This document shows, piece after piece, positions 9,470 to 18,606 of a stretch of 64,000 nucleotides of DNA. Below the pieces are notes generated by a model that made no database searches, was not told where the DNA came from, and saw only the letters and a program-made list of their open reading frames with translations. A program made the translations under genes and the position numbers. Every line of letters begins with the position of its first letter. Within the stretch, counting starts at the first letter, position 1. Source of the stretch: Enterobacterales bacterium (GTDB lineage Bacteria > Pseudomonadota > Gammaproteobacteria > Enterobacterales > GCA-002770795); the NCBI GenBank assembly GCA_041556195.1, contig JBFFIY010000001.1, positions 31,877 to 95,876 on the forward strand, in the 5' to 3' direction.

Positions 9470-9508
9470 TTTTGGCAGGATTTGACCAAAATTTGTCTTA
9501 TCAATGCG
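9470..9508 (+). promoter_or_regulatory. Conserved motif, copy 3
   Basis: ttttggcaggatttgaccaaaatttgtcttatcaatgcg, located ~120 nt upstream of the 9629 ORF. Confidence 0.5.
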
Positions 9509-9628
9509 AATTTTGTACCTGCTAGCTCTATAAAATGTACTTATCTAAACGGAATTAAACCGTGGTTAAAATTTGGGGAGTAACACTTCCCGTAGTAAAT
9601 TTTATTTTCAGATATAGGAGCAATAAAC

Positions 9629-9880
9629 ATGATGTACGATTTGCGTGAGAATTCTAATCAGGAATGTTTGTATTTCCGCAATAGCAGGTATTTAGCTAAA
9701 ATTGATGGTTGGTATTTTCAAACCAGAGAACGGGGGGATATTGGTCCCTTTTTCTCAAAAGAAGAAGCGCAGAAAGGCGTCAAAAGTTATGTGAGTAATT
9801 TGCTTAAAGAGTCTTATGTTTTATTAGAACAAATTATTTCAGAACGATCTCAGAAAGGATGCTGTAGAAAAATCAGCTGA
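9629..9880 (+). CDS. Small conserved hypothetical protein (DGWYF-TRE-G-GPF motif, DUF6316-like from memory)
   Basis: AGGAG lies 9 nt upstream of the ATG. Motif DGWYFQTRERGDIGPFFSKEEAQ. Confidence 0.5.
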   Translation: MMYDLRENSNQECLYFRNSRYLAKIDGWYFQTRERGDIGPFFSKEEAQKGVKSYVSNLLKESYVLLEQIISERSQKGCCRKIS

Positions 9881-9936
9881 ATAAATCTTAATTCTGGATT
9901 CAACTGATGGTAAGCCCCGAAGGGATTTAGGGGAAA

Positions 9937-10076
9937 GGATTGTTATTGCAGACAGGAGGTCTAATCAGGGATAGGTGGTTATTTCAAGGAAGAAGCATAG
10001 GAATATAGGGCAAGGGACTTGTCATTGCAGACAAGGAAGTCCAGTCAGGGATAGGTGGTTATTTCAAGGAAGAAGC
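9937..10076 (+). repeat. Two direct copies of a ~60-nt intergenic element
   Basis: 9937-9996 and 10015-10076. A perfect 33-nt core tcagggataggtggttatttcaaggaagaagc occurs at 9964-9996 and 10044-10076. gataggtgg recurs again at the terminator. Confidence 0.8.
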
Positions 10077-10089
10077 TAGCAGCAAGATA

Positions 10090-10114
10090 GGTGGCCATTG
10101 TGGCCACCTTTTTT
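10090..10114 (+). terminator. Rho-independent terminator between convergent genes
   Basis: ggtggcca/tggccacc 8-bp stem with a 3-nt loop, followed by T6. Confidence 0.75.
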
Positions 10115-10129
10115 AACTTCCTCAGATCT

Positions 10130-11728
10130 TTATTTCACACCATGCATACCTTTTTTAAGTATTGGGCTAATAAGGAAAAAGAATAGTGCAGCGGCACCAC
10201 CAATTTGAGCAGAAAAGATAAACAGATCTTCATATTTACCCAGGGCAAAGGCAATGTCGGTAATTTTTCCTGCTTCTGTTTTAATTGACGATAGTTTATT
10301 GAGTTCTGCTGCGAGAATTTCAGAGTAAGATGTGCCAAGAAACCAAACCCCCATCATTAAACTCATTACACTTTTGACAGAGAGTTGAGTAACCGCTGAA
10401 AGGCTAATGGGTGATAACATCATTTCTCCAATTTCCAGAACAAAATAAGCCAGTACCAGATACCAGATACTCATGAGTCCAGTTTCTAATGGTGATTGTG
10501 TACCCAGGGCAAGGATCAAAAATGAAAGGCCTGCGAACATGATCCCTAAGGCCATTTTAAGCGGCTTACTTGGATTGAGGCCGTTTTTATCTAATGTTGG
10601 CCAAAGCCAGGCAAAAAGTGGAGATAGCAGTAATATGAACATTGCTCCCAACGAGGTTAGTTGCTCTGCTTTCCAGTCGACACCGAATACTGTTCTATCC
10701 ATTACACGATCAGACAGTGCCACCCATGAACCGTAAGTTTGCTCATATAGGGCAAAAAAGATCAGTCCTGCCAGAATAAACATGAATAAAACAAACATTT
10801 GCTGACGTTCAACCCTGTGGCAACGTTTGATTAAAAACCAGGAAATACCTATTATCAGCACCAATGTGATGCTATGTAAAAACCATAAAACTGGAGTAGC
10901 GGAAGGTAGCCAACTCGCTATTTGAACCATTAAAGAGTGGGTTTGCACCAATCCCCATATAGTAAATAGACCGCCAATTGCTCCCAGGTAAATCCACTGT
11001 TCCAGGCTTATACCAAACTTACGTTTTAATAGTTTTTCGGGAATGGGGGATTTGCCATGGCCCTGTAAATATTTTTGTCCAAAAATAAAAACTAAAAGCC
11101 CAATGACCATTCCTATACCAGCGAGGCCAAACCCCCAACTCCAACCTTTTTTATAGGCGAGATAACCACATAGCAGGGGTGCTAGCCAGGCACCGGCATT
11201 GATGCCAGCGTAAAAAATAGTAAAGCCGGAGTCACGCCGAGGATCATTTTCAGGATAAAGGCGACCAACAATGGTGGATATGTTGGGTTTGAGAAACCCT
11301 ACGCCGGTAATAATTAACGCCAAAGAGAAGTAGAAAAATTGTAAAGCGCCTGTATCACGAATAATTTCACCGTTTACCAGTGAAGCCTGATGTCCTTCAT
11401 AGGCCATTCCCAGGTGACCTAATACCAGAAGACATCCCCCGAAAATAACGGCTTTTCGCATACCCAGGTATCGATCTGCCAGCATGCCTCCAATAACAGG
11501 AACTGCGTAAACTAAAGCGGCATAGGCACCAATCAGGTTATAACCATGTTCATCACTGAACATGTGGTATTTCACCAGATACATCAGGAGTAATGCCTTC
11601 ATTCCATAAAATGAAAAACGTTCCCACATTTCAGTGAAAAAACACACATAAAGACCTTTGGGATGACCAAAAAGTTGTGTTTCCGGAACAATAGTTGAAG
11701 AATGGCTGTCAGTGACGGTTTCGTTCAC
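10130..11728 (-). CDS. Proton-dependent oligopeptide transporter (POT/PTR2 family di-/tripeptide permease)
   Basis: N-terminal PTR2 signature GHPKGLYVCFFTEMWERFSFYGMKALL. Polytopic, about 14 TM helices. Confidence 0.9.
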   Translation of the reverse strand: MNETVTDSHSSTIVPETQLFGHPKGLYVCFFTEMWERFSFYGMKALLLMYLVKYHMFSDEHGYNLIGAYAALVYAVPVIGGMLADRYLGMRKAVIFGGCLLVLGHLGMAYEGHQASLVNGEIIRDTGALQFFYFSLALIITGVGFLKPNISTIVGRLYPENDPRRDSGFTIFYAGINAGAWLAPLLCGYLAYKKGWSWGFGLAGIGMVIGLLVFIFGQKYLQGHGKSPIPEKLLKRKFGISLEQWIYLGAIGGLFTIWGLVQTHSLMVQIASWLPSATPVLWFLHSITLVLIIGISWFLIKRCHRVERQQMFVLFMFILAGLIFFALYEQTYGSWVALSDRVMDRTVFGVDWKAEQLTSLGAMFILLLSPLFAWLWPTLDKNGLNPSKPLKMALGIMFAGLSFLILALGTQSPLETGLMSIWYLVLAYFVLEIGEMMLSPISLSAVTQLSVKSVMSLMMGVWFLGTSYSEILAAELNKLSSIKTEAGKITDIAFALGKYEDLFIFSAQIGGAAALFFFLISPILKKGMHGVK

Positions 11729-11930
11729 AGTGAAAAAATCCTTTGTGGTTTAGTATTATTTTAGGAAACCAGTCTATCCAATTGTGGGAATAAGTGCCAA
11801 TTGTCGGATAAATCAGTTTTTTACCATGCTTTGTGCTTCTGATTTTACCCTGTTCATGTAGTGTTCAGTTTACTTATGCTTTAATACATATTAGTGAGTA
11901 TTAAAATGTTGAACAAAGAGAGAAAACATC

Positions 11931-13469
11931 ATGCAAAAATTTATAGCCATTAGTTTTAGTCTTTTCATATGCCTCTCTTGTGCTGATGTGTTTGCTGTTG
12001 AACAACAACAAGGCCAGGTTCAGGGGGATGAATTACAGAAAGATGAAGCAAATAAGGTTGTAGCACATGAGGTTGTAGAAGATGCTTTCACTGAGGCTGA
12101 GTTGGAGCAAATGCTGGCACCAATAGCACTTTATCCTGATAGCCTGCTGACCCATATTCTTATTGCCTCAACCTATCCATTAGAAATTATTCAGGCAGAT
12201 CGCTGGGTGAAAAAAAATCCAGATCTGGAAGCTGATATGGCATTGGAGCAGATCGAGGGTGAAGATTGGGATCCCAGTGTTAAAGCATTGGTGCTTTTCC
12301 CACAAATTCTGGAAAGACTCAGTAATGAGCTGGAATGGACGCAAAAACTGGGTGACGCCTTTTTGCAAGATGAAGAATTACTGCTTTCAAGTATTCAATC
12401 CTTAAGACATAAAGCAGATCTGGCTGGAAATCTGGATAAAATGGAACACGTAGATATCAATCGTGAAGATGATACGATTGTTATAGAAACTATCGAGCGT
12501 GAAGTGGTTTATGTACCAACCTATGATACACGGGTTATTTATGGCCCCTGGTACTGGAGTTATAACCCTCCGATTTACTGGAATTATCCGCATCATTATC
12601 CTCATCACGGCTTATTTTATTATCACCCAAGAGTACATTTATCGTTTAATTTTCATTTCAGTGCTTTTCACTGGTATAACCGTCATATTGTGGTAACGCA
12701 GCCTTATCATCGTCATCATAGACGCCATGATGCACACAACTATCCTGATCGGAACTATCGCCGTGGTCGTCAAATCTTGCAGGACAATGAAGCCAGACGA
12801 TGGCGCCATAACCCAACTCATCGTCGTGGTGTGGCATATCGTAATAATCAAGTGCGTCAACGTTACAATAGCAACAGACCCAGTGTGCATCAGAGGAATA
12901 TCACTCGTAGCAATGAACAGTCACTGACCACAAATAGACAGCAGGCGACACAACGAACTAGAGAACGATCTCAGCAGCCAAACGTCAGGCAGAATACTCG
13001 ACAGGAAAGATTGAGACAGCAACTGGATAATAACCGTATAAAAGAAACTAATCGTTTAAGAGAAACACGAGCGCGTACCAGACAGACGCCTGAAGATGAG
13101 TTAACCACTAATAGATCCACCAGAAGAGCCACTAGAAATGAACGAGACTCTTCCAGAAGTGCTCGAGATTTTTCCAGGAACAACAGAAGTTCCACACAGA
13201 TAGAAAGATCAGATCTTAATTCTGAGCGTCCGCCCAGGCAGAGAAATAACGCAGATAAACCGGCAAGAATTAAGCCACCAAAAGCTACACCACCAAGAGT
13301 TAAGCCACCAAAAAGTTCACAACAATCAACACGCAGGGAGAAACGCTCTTCCAGCTCAGATTATAAACGGTCTGAGAAAAAATCGAGTCAAGAGTCGAGT
13401 AAAAGATCGAGTGATAGTGATAATCGTTCATCGGATAGAAGAACATCTGGTCGCCAGTCAAGGCATTGA
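11931..13469 (+). CDS. DUF3300-domain secreted protein with a His/Tyr/Trp-rich middle and a long basic disordered tail
   Basis: Signal peptide. LAPIALYPDSLLTHILIASTYPLEIIQADRW is the DUF3300 core. About 230 aa of R/N/Q/S/T-rich C-terminus. Confidence 0.75.
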   Translation: MQKFIAISFSLFICLSCADVFAVEQQQGQVQGDELQKDEANKVVAHEVVEDAFTEAELEQMLAPIALYPDSLLTHILIASTYPLEIIQADRWVKKNPDLEADMALEQIEGEDWDPSVKALVLFPQILERLSNELEWTQKLGDAFLQDEELLLSSIQSLRHKADLAGNLDKMEHVDINREDDTIVIETIEREVVYVPTYDTRVIYGPWYWSYNPPIYWNYPHHYPHHGLFYYHPRVHLSFNFHFSAFHWYNRHIVVTQPYHRHHRRHDAHNYPDRNYRRGRQILQDNEARRWRHNPTHRRGVAYRNNQVRQRYNSNRPSVHQRNITRSNEQSLTTNRQQATQRTRERSQQPNVRQNTRQERLRQQLDNNRIKETNRLRETRARTRQTPEDELTTNRSTRRATRNERDSSRSARDFSRNNRSSTQIERSDLNSERPPRQRNNADKPARIKPPKATPPRVKPPKSSQQSTRREKRSSSSDYKRSEKKSSQESSKRSSDSDNRSSDRRTSGRQSRH

Positions 13470-13521
13470 TTAGTTTTCTTGAAGGCATCTCTTGAAGGTA
13501 TAGGGGCTTTCGAACGCACAA

Positions 13522-13555
13522 CAAAAAAAGGTGGCCAATGGCCACCTACTTTTGA
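13522..13555. terminator. Bidirectional-looking terminator hairpin, related to the one at 10090
   Basis: A-run + ggtggcc aat ggccacc + tactttt. Same ggtggcca..tggccacc stem sequence as at 10090-10108. Confidence 0.6.
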
Positions 13556-13634
13556 TTTCATCCTGAAATCGTTCTGCTCTTACACAGCTACAACTGCATC
13601 CTGCAACTTCCATATTTAATGCAATATCCTTATT

Positions 13635-13692
13635 GCTTCTTCCATGAGTGGTACTTTTCCTTAGTAGACTTCCTGCCTACAATGGCAAATCC
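13635..13692 (-). repeat. Diverged inverted copy of the 9937/10015 element
   Basis: The reverse complement ggatttgccattgtaggcaggaagtc...ggaagaagc aligns with ggacttgtcattgcagacaaggaagtc...ggaagaagc. The middle part is poorly conserved. Confidence 0.45.
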
Positions 13693-14034
13693 TTTGCCAT
13701 GTCCCTTTTCCCTTTCTTTATCCCTATGTCACTTCCTTGCGACAGAGTTAATTCTAGGGCAAAAGAATATTTGAACAATAGGGGGAAAAACTTATTTTAT
13801 TGGATTGTTATATATGAAAAATCAATATTTCTATATATAACATGAAGTTAGCCTTTGGATTTGAATGAAGTAGACAAAAGCTCTAATTCAAAATGTAGGA
13901 TCACCTCTAATGTCTTAAGATATATATGGCAATTGGAATGGACGATCTCTTACATGGCGCTGTCAATAAAGATTGTTATGCAGGCTTAATGAAGCCTATG
14001 TCAGGTAGTCTGTATTAGAAAAGTAAAAATGTGT

Positions 14035-16131
14035 TTACAATAAACGCATCTCCAAGGCCTCAAAAGTTGATTCCAGTTGAGGTGATGACCATTGAATGAA
14101 ATCAATTTTAGCATCCCATAAAGTGGTCAGATCATAATTAAATTCAACATTGGGGATTATTACACTTTTATTGTGTTGGTGGAAATCTCTCACTGTAGTG
14201 GTTAATTTATCCAGAAATTGACAGTTTTTGAATAATTGTTTCTGAAAGTCGTTGTTAAAAATGATGATATCGCAAGGGAATGTAATGCACTGTCTGGTTA
14301 AATCATTTTCCAGAGTAAAATCACTTAATGCTATTTGCGAACCCATATATTTGATTTCTTCACAAAAACGTTTGCAGTGATGAGGATGCGTTTGAAATGT
14401 ATTTGAACTTATTTCAAATATTAATTGGCTATGCATGGTATCCATTTGGGATAATGTGTTTTTTAACCATACACAAAAAGAACGATCACAAATACTGGCG
14501 GATGTTAGATAAATAAAAAGTTTTGAATCTTTTTTAAAGTCTTTTTCATGAGTTATCTGTTTTAGAGCCTTGGTCAATACAAGCTTATCAAGTGAATGAG
14601 ATGTGAATGGATTGTTTTCTAAAGATTCAATTTTTTGCGGGTTAAATTTTTGGCTTTCCTGACCTGAAAAGTTAGCAATAGCCTGATACATGATTTCGCC
14701 TTCATTTGTAAGACCAATGATTTTATCGAAAGCCACCTCAAAGAGTTCCCAGGTTAAAGCATATTCGATCTGATCTATTAAGTCATGGTTTTTATTATGT
14801 TGAGATGCCAGTTTAAGAGGTTCGTAAAAACAGGTTTGATTTCCGCCGTTAGCAAGAGCTATATGATAAGCAGAATGGGCTTTAGCCATAAGCTGGTAGG
14901 CATTTCTCACCTGATGCTCAACCTTACAAACACCAACACTACAGGTGATAGAGACGGATAAATTTTCTACCATGGTTGCATGCGTTGAAAAATCGTTGGT
15001 GATTTTATCTGCTATCTTCATGACTTCGGATTGTTCATTGTCACGGACAAGGATTGCAAAAACTTGTTCTGAAAACCGAGAAATAGATGTTTGGTTAGCT
15101 AGTGTACTTTTTAATAAAATTGCTAACTCATAAATAACTTTGTCACTCGCAGCTAAACCAATATCAAGAATGGTGTTTTCAAAATTATCAAGTTTGATAA
15201 AAATGACATGGCTTGAAATTGGTTGTAATGCTGATTCTGATATTTCTTTTTCAAGTATTTTTATAAAAATTTCTCTTTGAAGTAACCCGGTCAGAGAATC
15301 CTTTTCAGGCTTTGGTTGGTTGGGTTTTTCTTGAATGTGTTGCTGGAATAATATTTGAACACAGTTTGTGTCGTTATGTTTGTTATTGATGAAACAGAGT
15401 TTCCAGGATTCGCTTCTTTCAGAAGATAATTCAAGTTGACAGATGATCTCTTTCTCTTGAATAGTTGATGAAAAATCAGTTAATAGAGATTTTATTTTAT
15501 GGGTGGATTTTTTTGAAATAATATCCATAAAAGGAGTCCACAGTGTTTTTTCAATATTAGATTCTCCCAATAAATTTGCATAAGCCTGATTTGCTTCGAT
15601 AACAATACCCTGGTCGACCAAAATTATGGGAGTAGGGTTTGACGCAATTAAAAAATCGTTTGTTGTCGCTATCTGTGTGAGTGCATTTTTAAACTGGAAG
15701 TGGCCTTGCAATATTTCAGAATGTTGGATAACTTTTTTTAGAGTTAGAGAGAGTAATTTTTTGCTTTCAATATGAACTGCATCAAAAGCACCTAATTCCA
15801 TTAAGTTCAACCTTCTAATTTCCATGTCAGTGTGATGAGTATTCTCAACAATAAAAAAGGGAGTTGTAGGTTGTGTTTTTTGACAATGGATTATTGATTT
15901 GTAACTGACAGACGACTCAGCACAGCCAAGGCTTATTATCAGATCACAATCATTCCAATGTAATAATTTTGAGAAATTATCAAAGCTTTCAATGTGGTTG
16001 ATTTTACATTGATATCCAGCTGGAAGAGCATGACGTAAATGTTCATTCAATAGATGCCATTTGTCATCTATAACAAGAATATTTATGGTTTTAAGTTCCG
16101 TTTTTTTTGTTGTTTTTATGTTGTTTGTCAT
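14035..16131 (-). CDS. Receiver-like + PAS-like + degenerate GGDEF + degenerate EAL-like protein (probably catalytically inactive c-di-GMP module)
   Basis: N-terminal ILVIDD receiver-like start. DSLTGLLQR at the GGDEF entry, but RFSEQVFAILV replaces the GGDEF motif. The C-terminal domain lacks an EAL/DDFGTG signature. Confidence 0.65.
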   Translation of the reverse strand: MTNNIKTTKKTELKTINILVIDDKWHLLNEHLRHALPAGYQCKINHIESFDNFSKLLHWNDCDLIISLGCAESSVSYKSIIHCQKTQPTTPFFIVENTHHTDMEIRRLNLMELGAFDAVHIESKKLLSLTLKKVIQHSEILQGHFQFKNALTQIATTNDFLIASNPTPIILVDQGIVIEANQAYANLLGESNIEKTLWTPFMDIISKKSTHKIKSLLTDFSSTIQEKEIICQLELSSERSESWKLCFINNKHNDTNCVQILFQQHIQEKPNQPKPEKDSLTGLLQREIFIKILEKEISESALQPISSHVIFIKLDNFENTILDIGLAASDKVIYELAILLKSTLANQTSISRFSEQVFAILVRDNEQSEVMKIADKITNDFSTHATMVENLSVSITCSVGVCKVEHQVRNAYQLMAKAHSAYHIALANGGNQTCFYEPLKLASQHNKNHDLIDQIEYALTWELFEVAFDKIIGLTNEGEIMYQAIANFSGQESQKFNPQKIESLENNPFTSHSLDKLVLTKALKQITHEKDFKKDSKLFIYLTSASICDRSFCVWLKNTLSQMDTMHSQLIFEISSNTFQTHPHHCKRFCEEIKYMGSQIALSDFTLENDLTRQCITFPCDIIIFNNDFQKQLFKNCQFLDKLTTTVRDFHQHNKSVIIPNVEFNYDLTTLWDAKIDFIQWSSPQLESTFEALEMRLL

Positions 16132-18221
16132 ATTATATATGCTAAATTCTGATGGTTTACTTGAGAATGTTGTGCCAAATATTCAGTGAATTCACTTGCT
16201 TTCATTGGTTTTCCAAACAAATATCCTTGTATTTTGTTACATCCCGCTCGATATAATTGAAGAAATTGGTGTTTATCTTCAATGCCTTCAGCTATTACAT
16301 TGATATTTAGAGCATGACTCATGGCAATAATGGCTTCCACTATAGCCATGTCATCACTATTGTGAGCTATATTTTTAATAAAGGATTGATCGATTTTTAA
16401 AGTGTTAACAGGTAATTTTTTTAGATAACTTAAAGAGGAGTACCCTGTGCCGAAATCATCTATTTGTAGACCGATTCCCATGTTATCGAATTTGTGAAGG
16501 ATTTCTGTTGTTATAGAAGACTCCTGCATCATATGATTTTCCGTTATTTCCAACTCCAACATTTTCGGATCCAGATTTGTTTTTTTCAATATCTCTTTAA
16601 CTGTTTCAATAATATCAAGATTTTTAAATTGAACTGGAGATAGGTTGATTGCAATTTTAAATCCTTCCGGCTCTAAATTTTGCCATTGCATGGCTTGATA
16701 ACAGGCTTCTTTAATTATCCAATTACCGATGGGAATGATTAGTTCATTCTCTTCTATTATAGGAATGAAATCAATTGGAGAAATTAATCCCTTTGATGGG
16801 CTATTCCAACGTAATAAAGCTTCAGCAGATAAAATTTTCCCCGTTTTTATATCTAACTGAGGCTGGTAATATAGCTCAAGCTCGTTATTTTCTATGGCAT
16901 GATGTAATTGATTTTCCATTGCAAATCTTGATAAAAACAACTTGTCCTGATGGTTTTTATAAAGATGAAAACTGTTTTTTCCAATTCCTTTAGCATAGTT
17001 AACTGCATGCTCTGCACGTTGCAATAATTCTTCGACATTAGTTTTATTGGTTTTATTTAAAACTATACCAATACTCACATTAATATGAGCTTCTTGATCA
17101 TTAAAATGAAAAGGAGCGTTAAATGCTTTCTGAAGTCTTTCTACGATTAAATAAGCATGTTGTTTTGATTTCACTTCGTCAACTAGAAAACAAAATTCAT
17201 CAGCGCCAAAACTTGCTAAAATATCATTTTTTCTGGCTTTTTGAGAAAGTCTTTTCGCTGCAGAAATGATAATTTGATTGCCAGCTTCATGGCCAAATAC
17301 TTTGTTAATTTTTTTAAAGTCATTAATATCAATATGGAGTATTGCAAAATCTGGTTGATCATCTTCTACTTTGCTTATTCTGTTTTTAATGGCTTCTATA
17401 AATTTATTTCGGTTTGGAAGTCCTGTTAAAGGATCACAATTTGAAAGATAAGATAATTTATCCAGTGTATTTTTTTTATCGCTTATATCGTTGAAGGCGA
17501 AAATGTAACCAGCTACACTGCCGTCTTTTTCCAGATATTTATGTATTCTTACCCATGCTGGGAAAATCTCTCCATTTGCCAGCTTGTTGTTTGTTTCTCC
17601 TTCCCATTCTCCAACCAGTTGTAACTGTTGTAAGATGTTTTTTTTAGAATGATTACCATTAATTGAGGAGCAGATAGAGTTTATATTTTTACCTCTTACA
17701 TCTTCAATTTGAAATTTGGTAGTTAAAGAGAAGGCTTTGTTGGCCTGTTTTATTGTAAATAAATCATCTGTTATTATGATGGCTTCACTTGTGGCTGCTA
17801 GTATTTCATTTGCCAGAAAATTATCTCTGTTGTTAACGTTTTTGTTTTCATGCACCAAAATTAAAAAACGTTTCTTAGAGTCGGTGCTTACATAGTAGAT
17901 TTTTCCTGTTACAGAAAAAATCGAACCATTCTTTTTTCTTCGATAGGTATTTAGGACAAGAGATTTTTTCTTTCCGAGTTTTAGAGGTGAGAATGTTTTT
18001 CTGAAAAATTGATGGTTATGTTCATTATTTAAAAAGTCAATTCGCATGTTTTCTAATTCATTTCTAGAGTACCCCGTGCTAGAAATCAAGCCTTCACTGA
18101 CATTCTCAATTAACAGTGATTCAGGGTTCACCGTATAGATGTCAAGTTTTGAATTCTCTATTAATTTTATAGAAATAGAGGCGATCCTGGATTTTTGTGA
18201 AATGGCTGTTTTTTGCATCAT
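16128..18221 (-). CDS. PAS-GGDEF-EAL protein (diguanylate cyclase/phosphodiesterase)
   Basis: DPLTGLPNR, SFGADEFCFLV (GADEF variant), YYQPQ, AEALLRW, ELEITE, DDFGTGYSSLSYLKKLP. Its TGA overlaps the next ATG (ATGA at 16128-16131). Confidence 0.9.
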   Translation of the reverse strand: MMQKTAISQKSRIASISIKLIENSKLDIYTVNPESLLIENVSEGLISSTGYSRNELENMRIDFLNNEHNHQFFRKTFSPLKLGKKKSLVLNTYRRKKNGSIFSVTGKIYYVSTDSKKRFLILVHENKNVNNRDNFLANEILAATSEAIIITDDLFTIKQANKAFSLTTKFQIEDVRGKNINSICSSINGNHSKKNILQQLQLVGEWEGETNNKLANGEIFPAWVRIHKYLEKDGSVAGYIFAFNDISDKKNTLDKLSYLSNCDPLTGLPNRNKFIEAIKNRISKVEDDQPDFAILHIDINDFKKINKVFGHEAGNQIIISAAKRLSQKARKNDILASFGADEFCFLVDEVKSKQHAYLIVERLQKAFNAPFHFNDQEAHINVSIGIVLNKTNKTNVEELLQRAEHAVNYAKGIGKNSFHLYKNHQDKLFLSRFAMENQLHHAIENNELELYYQPQLDIKTGKILSAEALLRWNSPSKGLISPIDFIPIIEENELIIPIGNWIIKEACYQAMQWQNLEPEGFKIAINLSPVQFKNLDIIETVKEILKKTNLDPKMLELEITENHMMQESSITTEILHKFDNMGIGLQIDDFGTGYSSLSYLKKLPVNTLKIDQSFIKNIAHNSDDMAIVEAIIAMSHALNINVIAEGIEDKHQFLQLYRAGCNKIQGYLFGKPMKASEFTEYLAQHSQVNHQNLAYII

Positions 18222-18606
18222 AATGTACTACCTATAGCTACATTTTTAATGGTAAATCCCTTACTTAAACCTAGAGATAAAGAGTTTACGAGTTCAAAAC
18301 ATTACGTTTCTAACCAGAATGAGCAAATATCAGGCCAGTCGTATTAGATATGTGTTATTAATATGTAATTTAAAATATTTAGTTGTAATTTGTTGATATT
18401 TAACAATATTTGCGTTGTTCACTACTGGCACCATGGCAACTTTCTTTTTATTATCAAGTTGTTTGGCAACTAGATTTTACCAATTGTGATTATTCATTCT
18501 CAAAACTGGTAATCCAGATAAGCTTTGTTAATATCTTTGTTATAAACTGAGTTTATTGATATTTATGAGGAAGCATGAATGGTATTTTTAATGGTTAGGG
18601 GTATAT

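Noticed and set aside
3444-10076. CRISPR array interpretation of the tandem heptamers (3444-3593) or the 60-nt direct repeats (9937-10076)
   Set aside because: The repeat units are 7 nt, or there are only two copies with an 18-nt spacer. There are no regular repeat-spacer periodicity and no cas genes in the window.
12180-13545. Multiple overlapping ORFs on both strands within and after the DUF3300 gene
   Set aside because: They are artefacts of the compositionally biased (R/N/Q/H-rich codon) region. All are nested in the longer CDS, which has a clear N-terminal domain.
13648-13845. 65-aa ORF in the DUF3300 / GGDEF-like intergenic region
   Set aside because: It lies on top of the repeat-derived sequence (13635-13692), has no SD, and starts with a non-ATG codon. 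It is probably non-coding.
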